Source: Candidatus Jordarchaeales archaeon
GTDB lineage: Archaea; Asgardarchaeota; Jordiarchaeia; Jordiarchaeales; Freyrarchaeaceae
Direction of reading: 5' to 3'
NCBI GenBank assembly: GCA_038858525.1
Contig: JAWCFL010000060.1
Coordinates: 1 to 6,635, forward strand
Length of the DNA: 6,635 nt
Shown: in pieces, positions 1 through 5,692 of the stretch
How positions within the stretch are numbered: position 1 is the stretch's first letter
Layout: every line of letters starts with the position of its first letter
Program-made: the position numbers and the translations under genes
Notes under the pieces: generated by a model
Databases searched by the model: none
What the model saw: the letters and a program-made list of their open reading frames with translations, nothing else
What the model was told of the DNA's origin: nothing

Positions 1-394
1 TGATGGGCTTAAACAGGTGATATTGATCTAATGCCTGCATGGAGCCGTGGTCAGGGTAGCTTCGCCAGGTCTGGTTCTGGGCGGTCAAAACGATCATCGG
101 AACACCGTCAGCCCACGCAGGGTAAACTCCAGGTATAAGGTTTGCGCCCCCTGGTCCAACGGTTCCGATGCAGACGCCGGGCTCTCCTGTGACTCTTGCC
201 CAAGCATCCGCCATGTTGGCTGCAGCCTGCTCATGCCTACAAGTAACGAACTTCAAGCCACGCGGCTCACCGATCCTCTTTATAGCATCAAGAATAGTCA
301 GAAGTTGAGCTCCGGGAACGCCAAAAACATACTTCACGCCTTCTTCAAGCAAACATCTGACGAGAAGCTCCCCACCGGAAATCCTTCTAGACAA
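1..394 (-). CDS. ThDP-dependent enzyme, acetolactate synthase large subunit-like family (N-terminal PYR domain; runs off the left edge)
   Basis: Manual translation of the minus strand from TTG at 394: MSRRISGGELLVRCLLEEGVKYVFGVPGAQLLTILDAIKRIGEPRGLKFVTCRHEQAAANMADAWARVTGEPGVCIGTVGPGGANLIPGVYPAWADGVPMIVLTAQNQTWRSYPDHGSMQALDQYHLFKPI..., open to the window edge. It has the family motifs VFGVPG, RHE (catalytic Glu55), AxxMADxxARxTG, GPGxxN and Q-x-x-DQ. SD GGGAGGG (401-407) lies 6 nt upstream of the TTG. An alternative in-frame ATG is at 409. Exact substrate cannot be assigned. Confidence 0.92.
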   Translation of the reverse strand, partial: MSRRISGGELLVRCLLEEGVKYVFGVPGAQLLTILDAIKRIGEPRGLKFVTCRHEQAAANMADAWARVTGEPGVCIGTVGPGGANLIPGVYPAWADGVPMIVLTAQNQTWRSYPDHGSMQALDQYHLFKPI

Positions 395-423
395 CCTAAA
401 CCCTCCCATACCTCCTAAAAACT

Positions 424-453
424 AAAACTCTCAATAACTAAATATTGAGTTTT
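424..453. repeat. Inverted repeat / hairpin upstream of the ThDP enzyme gene
   Basis: CTCAATA (430-436), 6-nt loop, TATTGAG (443-449). It extends to AAAAC/GTTTT with a 2-nt bulge. Confidence 0.5.
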
Positions 454-478
454 TTCGCTAAGAATGTTTCGTCTTCTG

Positions 479-492
479 AAAAACTAAAAAAA
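479..492 (-). terminator. Probable archaeal oligo-T terminator of the transporter transcript
   Basis: Minus strand reads TTTTTTTAGTTTTT about 83 nt past the transporter stop codon. A similar TTTTAGTTTTT occurs at 417-427. Confidence 0.45.
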
Positions 493-574
493 GGAATACT
501 TAGCGTAAGCGCCGTGCTCTTCCACCATCTCTGAAAGGGTTTAAAGGATAATCGGGTTGTTTGCTTGTAGTCCT

Positions 575-2182
575 TTATGGGCTTATTGGGTGAGTGTAAA
601 GAGTGATTAGCATTATGAGCCAGCTTGGTAGTCCTAGTTCTCCTGCTTCTAGCCCACTTATAGTTAAGAACTCTGAGATGAGTGTCAGTATGAGTTCCGG
701 GCTTGTGCTCGTCCAACCCAGTATGGTGGTGAAAGCGTAGAGCATCCCTGTTCCCAGCAGGAATGATATTAGGCAGAGAGGGGCGCCGAGCTTAATGAAG
801 CTCTTCCAAGTTACCGGTTTCCCGTCTCTTTCCAGTAGGGAGAACGCAAGCAGGTTTGGTATCCCTCCTATTGGAGTCATGCTGGCACCCGAGTTTGCGC
901 CGTAAATCAGAGCCCAGACGACTGTTTTGTCTAGAACCATGGCGTTGAGAGATAATGGCGCCACCACATATAGTAACGCTGACGTGACGGACACGTTATC
1001 CATTATCCCTGAGAGGATTCCCGCTACACTTATTACGAGAAACATCGTCGCTGGCATGTTTCCCGCCGTTAATGACCCAAGTGTTTTTCCTATTGATTCT
1101 AGGAGCCCCGTGCTGTGGACGCCTTCCACGACTATGAGTATGCTAACTAGGAAGACTACGAGACCCCAGTCGACCTCGTGAAGAGTCTTCTCCGGCTCGA
1201 CGCCGCTGAGGACAAGGAAACCAAAGGCAGAAGCGGCAGCAACAATGTATAAGGGTATGTTAAGGCTTCCAGCAATGATGAATCCGGCGACGGTTAAAAC
1301 GAGGAGGACGCTCATCCTTCTGAAGAGAGTCATATCTTCTATGAGGCTGTACTCGTCGAGGGCAAGCATCGTCTTTTTCATCCATTTTACTTCGCTTTCC
1401 TCAGAAATGACGAACTCGTCCTTGAAGGCTCTTTTGACAAGGAGTATGGCGATGACCGAGCATGCTACTGCGAATGGTGCTCCCAGAGCTACGAAGTGAA
1501 CGTAAGAGAGGAGGTATTTTGGGTCTAGGTTGAAGCGCGACGAGACTAGAACGTTGACGAAGCTTCCAACCAGAGTCGAGGCGCCGGCAGCGTTTGTGAC
1601 GAACACCTCCCCTAATATGTAGGGTCGTGGGTCGACTCCGATGGCACGCGTAAGCGTAAGAGTAAGAGCGCTAATGACGATGAAGGCCGGGTCGTTTCCT
1701 ATCAACGCCGTTAACATAAAACTCAGCAGGCAAAGGTAGACGAAGAGCTTACTAAGGTCGCCTCCACTAAACTTAACGACCTTAACGCATATATACTCGA
1801 ACAAACCTGACTTGGAAGCCGCCGTCGCAATTATGACCAGCGATATTACTATTACTATCGTTTGCCAGTCCACCATCTCCGTAAGCACCTGACCACTAGT
1901 AAAGAGCAGGGGTTTCAGCGTCGGAAAATCACCCTGAATCCACGCTAGGTAGGCATCGACGATAGGAACCCAGCTATAAACGACCTCAAAATACCTGCCG
2001 GCAATAACAGTAGCGACAGCTCCACCCATAGCAACCAAAGTCTCATGAAACCTTTCAGTCATAATCAAAGCATAAGTAGTGATCATTATGGCGGCGAAAA
2101 CACCAACGACGAAAACGGGAGGAGTATAAATCCACTCCCTTAAGAACCCCACAAGTAAATGTTCAGTCCCCTGAAGAGCCAA
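575..2182 (-). CDS. ArsB/NhaD-family (IT superfamily; SLC13/P-protein-like) secondary transporter, probable anion/carboxylate or cation permease
   Basis: Long ORF (track 575-2191) with many hydrophobic segments. Family hallmarks: YALIMTERFHETLVAMGGA, VDWQTI...SGLFE, second-half VDWGLVVFL...TGLLE, SGIMDNV and GANSGASMTPIGGIPN. TTG at 2182 is preferred over GTG at 2191 because GGTGA (2188-2192) sits 5 nt upstream of it; this gives 535 aa. Confidence 0.88.
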   Translation of the reverse strand: MALQGTEHLLVGFLREWIYTPPVFVVGVFAAIMITTYALIMTERFHETLVAMGGAVATVIAGRYFEVVYSWVPIVDAYLAWIQGDFPTLKPLLFTSGQVLTEMVDWQTIVIVISLVIIATAASKSGLFEYICVKVVKFSGGDLSKLFVYLCLLSFMLTALIGNDPAFIVISALTLTLTRAIGVDPRPYILGEVFVTNAAGASTLVGSFVNVLVSSRFNLDPKYLLSYVHFVALGAPFAVACSVIAILLVKRAFKDEFVISEESEVKWMKKTMLALDEYSLIEDMTLFRRMSVLLVLTVAGFIIAGSLNIPLYIVAAASAFGFLVLSGVEPEKTLHEVDWGLVVFLVSILIVVEGVHSTGLLESIGKTLGSLTAGNMPATMFLVISVAGILSGIMDNVSVTSALLYVVAPLSLNAMVLDKTVVWALIYGANSGASMTPIGGIPNLLAFSLLERDGKPVTWKSFIKLGAPLCLISFLLGTGMLYAFTTILGWTSTSPELILTLISEFLTISGLEAGELGLPSWLIMLITLYTHPISP

Positions 2183-2249
2183 GCATCTCACCAGCTAAAG
2201 TCGCCCTAAACCACTCACTTCTCTCCTTTAAAGAAGTCCAAGCAACCCT

Positions 2250-2278
2250 AAATAAAAACTTTTATTTTTAAGTTTCTT
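2250..2278 (-). promoter_or_regulatory. Candidate BRE-TATA promoter region for the transporter gene, overlapping an 18-bp palindrome
   Basis: Minus strand reads AAGAAACTTAAAAATAAAAGTTTTTATTT, a purine-rich BRE-like stretch followed by a TTTTTAT TATA-like element. The palindrome AAATAAAA-AC-TTTTATTT spans 2250-2267. Confidence 0.4.
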
Positions 2279-2347
2279 TATGAATAGCTCTCACACCCCC
2301 CTAATCTGTTTAACTTTACTCCTTTAACTTTAATCTATAAAAATGCC

Positions 2348-2362
2348 CCGATAATTTTATAT
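2348..2362 (+). promoter_or_regulatory. Candidate BRE-TATA promoter for adh-aor
   Basis: CCGATAA-TTTTATAT about 70 nt upstream of the ADH ATG in the AT-rich divergent intergenic region. Confidence 0.45.
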
Positions 2363-2430
2363 TACATTTTTTCTTTATTATTCCCTTCAGTGTTTTTGGA
2401 TGTTTGAGGAGGTTGAAGGGAGGATGAAAA

Positions 2431-3702
2431 ATGACTTGGAAGCCCTATGAGTACGGGACGCGCATGCTGTACACTCTGCTTGGAGCCAAGCCGATGCGCA
2501 GCCTCGTAGGATACTTCCTATGCCCGAGAATCCTCATCGGAAAATTTGGCCTCGTACAGGCGCTCTCTATCGGGTCAGCTATGCTAGATAAAAAACGGGT
2601 TTTCATAGTTACGGACAAAGCCATAAGAAGGCTTGCGGAGTCCCTCTTACCTTACTTTGAAATGTTCCAGATGACGGTTGAAATATGCGACAAGGCAGTG
2701 CCAGAGCCACCTATACCGTTGGTGCGAGAGGTAGCCGAGGAAATGCGTAAGTTTGAACCCGACCTCATAGTTGCTGTGGGCGGCGGCTCCGCCATGGATA
2801 CAGCGAAGGCCGCGTGGATCCTTTATGAACGGCCTGACGTCGATCTCTCTATGGTTGAGGCTCTGACCCCCCTAGGACTAAGAAAGAAGGCTTACTTAGC
2901 AGCTATTCCGACTACAGCTGGAACAGGCTCCGAGGCTACACAAGCATTCGTTCTAACGGACGTGGATCAAACTCCTCCGAGAAAACTTGCTGCACAGCAC
3001 CCTGAGTGTGTGCCAGAATTCGCCATACTCCTGCCGGAACTGACCGTCGGAATGCCTCCAGACCTCACCGTGGGAACAGGCCTCGACGCTCTGGCGCACG
3101 CTGTAGACGCCTACATAAACAGGCACTGGGCGAGCGATTTAACCGATCCACTAGCCCTTAAAGCGATAGAACTCATCATAAAGTACCTTCCAGTAGTTTA
3201 CAAGCAGCCGAGGAACTTGGATGCTAGGGGTAAAATGTCGGTTGCAGCCACGATGGCTGGCTTAGCCTTTGGGAATGCTGGCACAGCTATAACACACGCG
3301 CTCGGGCACTCTCTCGGGAAAGTCTTTGGCATTCACCACGGGAAATCCGTTGGAATATTCATTCCTTATTCTTTGAGGTTTGAAGCTAAGGTAACAGATG
3401 GCTATGTGGGACTGGCTAAGTGGCTAAACTTTAGCCTAAACCTAGACGTGGTTGCAAAGAGGAAAGAGGAAACGCTTAGCAAGTTAAACCAGTTCTTCAA
3501 GGACTTCATAACAGGTCTCGGCGTCCCAATAGCGCTCAAAGACCTCGGAATAAGTAGGGAGGATTACGAGGCTAAGAAAGCAGCCCTGGTGAAGTACGCG
3601 TACGAGGACCCCACGGCTATTTTCAGCATAAGGCCGGCCAATATAAATGACTTCGAGAAGCTTTTCGACTATGCATATGAAGGAAAAGATGTGGATTGGT
3701 GA
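2431..3702 (+). CDS. Iron-containing (group III) alcohol dehydrogenase, AdhE-ADH-domain/butanol dehydrogenase-like
   Basis: 423-aa ORF with FIVTD, AVGGGSAMDTAK, PTTAGTGSE and metal-ligand motifs DALAH, THALGH and HHG. C-terminus YAYEGKDVDW is typical of this subfamily. SD GGGAGG at 2418-2423. Confidence 0.95.
   Translation: MTWKPYEYGTRMLYTLLGAKPMRSLVGYFLCPRILIGKFGLVQALSIGSAMLDKKRVFIVTDKAIRRLAESLLPYFEMFQMTVEICDKAVPEPPIPLVREVAEEMRKFEPDLIVAVGGGSAMDTAKAAWILYERPDVDLSMVEALTPLGLRKKAYLAAIPTTAGTGSEATQAFVLTDVDQTPPRKLAAQHPECVPEFAILLPELTVGMPPDLTVGTGLDALAHAVDAYINRHWASDLTDPLALKAIELIIKYLPVVYKQPRNLDARGKMSVAATMAGLAFGNAGTAITHALGHSLGKVFGIHHGKSVGIFIPYSLRFEAKVTDGYVGLAKWLNFSLNLDVVAKRKEETLSKLNQFFKDFITGLGVPIALKDLGISREDYEAKKAALVKYAYEDPTAIFSIRPANINDFEKLFDYAYEGKDVDW
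3698..3702 (+). promoter_or_regulatory. Shine-Dalgarno GGTGA overlapping the ADH stop codon (likely translational coupling to aor)
   Basis: Sequence TGG-TGA-GAGC-ATG: the TGA stop (3700-3702) is part of GGTGA, complementary to the archaeal 16S rRNA 3' end, 4 nt before the aor ATG. Confidence 0.75.
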
Positions 3703-3706
3703 GAGC

Positions 3707-5539
3707 ATGTATGGGTATCACGGCAAGATTTTGAAGGTAGACCTCTCAGACGGATCCGTGAAAACGATAGAGCTAAAGGAAGACCTCGCAAAGGCCTTTA
3801 TTGGCGGAAGCGGACTTGCTGCCCGCCTCCTATTCGATGTACTCGACGCTAAAACAAACCCTCTTGGACCCGATAACCATTTAGCGTTTATGACCGGCCC
3901 GTTTACCGCGACCCCTGTCCCTCAGGGGAGCAGGTATATCGTTGCAGGCAAGTCTGCTCAGGGCTTCTGGGGGGAGGCATGCTCAGGCGGAAGCTTCGGA
4001 CCAGCCCTTAAAGGAGCTGGAGTGGACGGAGTGATAATCACGGGAGCCGCCAAAAAGCCGGTCTACCTGTTTGTCCACGACTCCTCGGTTGAGATCAAAG
4101 ATGCAAGCCACCTCTGGGGTAAAGATACCATTGAGACCCAGGAAATTATAAAGAAGGACTTGGGGGAGCGGAGGATTAGGGTTGCATGCATAGGCATTGG
4201 CGGGGAGAACAAGGTTAAATATGCATCCATAATGAATGACGAGTCGAGGGCGGCTGGGCGTTGTGGCCTCGGCGCGGTTATGGGTGCTAAAAACCTCAAG
4301 GCGGTGGCTGCGGTAGGTGATGCTAGAGCGGAGATCGCCAGTGAGGAAATGCTAAGGGGGATCCTAGACTTCTACAAGCTCGTCATGGAGGCATCCCCGT
4401 TCTACCACCTTTTAAGAGAATATGGAACATACGGTTACCTTGACATGGCCTTTGAGATAGGTGATGCTCCCACGAGATACTTTACTCGTGCGCTCTTCCC
4501 CGTAGAGAAGGTTAGCTCAGCAACCTTCAAGGACACCTACATGGTTAGGAACTACGCTTGCTACGGATGTCCTGTAGCGTGCGGTAAAGTGGTTGAGTAC
4601 AACAAAAGGGGCGTCAAAGAGATCGACACGCCGGAATATGAAACGATGGTGGCCTTCGGCCCGCTTCTAGAGAACTATGACTTAGACTCCATATTGTACG
4701 TGAATCACCTTTGCAACATTTACGGCATTGACACAATATCGGCTGGGGTAAGCATAGCCTTCGCCTTCTACCTCTACGAAAAGGGAGTAATAGGCAAGAA
4801 GGACGTTGGCATGAAGCTCGAGTGGGGGAACAGTGAGACAATAGTGAAACTGGTCGAGATGGTCGCTAAGAGGAGTGGCTTCGGCAACATACTGGCAGAG
4901 GGAACCAAGGGTATGGCGGAGCGCCTCAACGTGGATCCGGGTGAGGCGGCAAACGTGAAGGGGCTCGAGATCCCGATGCACGACCCGAGAGCTTTCTTCG
5001 GGCAAGCCCTGTCATATGCTACGGGCAACAGGGGGGCGTGCCACCTTAGAGGCGACTTCTACCAAGTTGACTTAGGAGTTGGAGCAATACCGGAGCTCGG
5101 CATAATCCAAATGGACCGTTTCGTCCTTGATGGGAGGGTGGATGCCGTAGCAAAGTATCAGGATGTGCGTGAACTCTATGACTCGCTAATCCTCTGCAAG
5201 TTTTCCTTCGCCACCCTGAGCATGATCTGCGACTTCCTGAACGCCATAACAGGATGGGACTACAACCCTGAATCCATACACAAGACGGGAGAAAGAATAT
5301 TTAACATCAAGCGGGCGCTGAACAACAAGTTCGGTGTGACGAGAGAGCACGACAAAATGCCCAGAATAGCAATCGCTCCGCTCGAGGAAGGAGCAACTGC
5401 AGGAAAAACCCCCAACATGGAAGAACTCCTGAAGGAGTACTACAAAGCCAGAAAGTGGGACTGGGAAACCGGAAAACCGACCAAAGAAAAGCTCGAGGAA
5501 CTTGGACTCGGAGACATAGCGGCGAAAATATGGAAGTAA
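3707..5539 (+). CDS. aor: Tungsten-type aldehyde:ferredoxin oxidoreductase (AOR/WOR family), 610 aa
   Basis: Begins MYGYHGKILKVDLS (canonical AOR N-terminus) at ATG 3707, 4 nt after the ADH stop, with SD GGTGA at 3698-3702. Motifs: FIGGSGL, AGRCGLGAVMGAKNLKAV, [4Fe-4S] CYGCPVAC (4559-4582) plus RGACH (5030-5044), EYET (4634-4645), CNIYGIDTIS, HDPR, DSLILCKF and C-terminal YYKARKWDWETGKPTKEKLEELGL. W versus Mo follows from family knowledge and is not shown directly. Confidence 0.96.
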   Translation: MYGYHGKILKVDLSDGSVKTIELKEDLAKAFIGGSGLAARLLFDVLDAKTNPLGPDNHLAFMTGPFTATPVPQGSRYIVAGKSAQGFWGEACSGGSFGPALKGAGVDGVIITGAAKKPVYLFVHDSSVEIKDASHLWGKDTIETQEIIKKDLGERRIRVACIGIGGENKVKYASIMNDESRAAGRCGLGAVMGAKNLKAVAAVGDARAEIASEEMLRGILDFYKLVMEASPFYHLLREYGTYGYLDMAFEIGDAPTRYFTRALFPVEKVSSATFKDTYMVRNYACYGCPVACGKVVEYNKRGVKEIDTPEYETMVAFGPLLENYDLDSILYVNHLCNIYGIDTISAGVSIAFAFYLYEKGVIGKKDVGMKLEWGNSETIVKLVEMVAKRSGFGNILAEGTKGMAERLNVDPGEAANVKGLEIPMHDPRAFFGQALSYATGNRGACHLRGDFYQVDLGVGAIPELGIIQMDRFVLDGRVDAVAKYQDVRELYDSLILCKFSFATLSMICDFLNAITGWDYNPESIHKTGERIFNIKRALNNKFGVTREHDKMPRIAIAPLEEGATAGKTPNMEELLKEYYKARKWDWETGKPTKEKLEELGLGDIAAKIWK

Positions 5540-5561
5540 GCTCCGACTATACCTTCTCTCC

Positions 5562-5577
5562 TTTTGTTTTTAATTTT
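5562..5577 (+). terminator. Probable archaeal oligo-T terminator of the adh-aor operon
   Basis: TTTTGTTTTTAATTTT about 22 nt after the aor stop, preceded by a pyrimidine tract (CCTTCTCTCC). Confidence 0.6.
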
Positions 5578-5625
5578 ATGAGAAAAACTGTATTTAATTA
5601 ATATCTTTGTGTTATGTTTTCGGGT

Positions 5626-5640
5626 TGAGAAAACTTATTT
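5626..5640 (+). promoter_or_regulatory. Candidate BRE-TATA promoter for the STAND NTPase gene
   Basis: GAGAAAA-CTTATTT about 55-65 nt upstream of the TTG start. An imperfect upstream copy lies at 5579-5595. Confidence 0.35.
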
Positions 5641-5692
5641 TTCGCCTTGTGCATCTTTACTTGGATGATGCATATGTTGGGAGGTTGCTCCG

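Noticed and set aside
47-418. 123-aa plus-strand ORF from the track
   Set aside because: Antisense shadow of the ThDP enzyme gene, which has clear family motifs on the minus strand; the plus-strand product has none.
410-574. Possible TPP riboswitch or tRNA upstream of the ThDP gene
   Set aside because: No CUGAGA/AUACCUG-type TPP riboswitch consensus and no cloverleaf or T-loop motif on either strand.
438-1499. Small track ORFs 438-716 (-), 927-1181 (+) and 1245-1499 (+)
   Set aside because: They overlap the permease out of frame or antisense, have no motifs and no convincing SD.
2192-2218. Upstream GTG (2218) with AAGGAG and an in-frame TAG (2195-2197) before the permease: possible amber/pyrrolysine read-through or uORF
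   Set aside because: The added peptide is short and has no recognisable features, the SD spacing is marginal, a well-placed GGTGA-TTG start exists at 2182, and no pyl genes are in the window.
2183-2430. Possible Moco/tungsten-cofactor riboswitch upstream of adh-aor
   Set aside because: The leader is a pyrimidine/AT-rich low-structure tract without GC-rich stems.
3647-3706. 20-aa N-terminal extension of AOR in the track (start 3647)
   Set aside because: It would overlap the ADH 3' end by 56 nt. ATG 3707 has an SD and gives the canonical MYGYHGKIL start.
3484-5028. Minus-strand track ORFs 3484-3708, 4063-4299, 4614-4841, 4682-5005 and 4774-5028
   Set aside because: Antisense shadows inside the well-supported adh and aor genes.
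5650-5672. TGCATC-N11-GATGCA inverted repeat before the STAND gene
   Set aside because: Only 6 bp; expected by chance.
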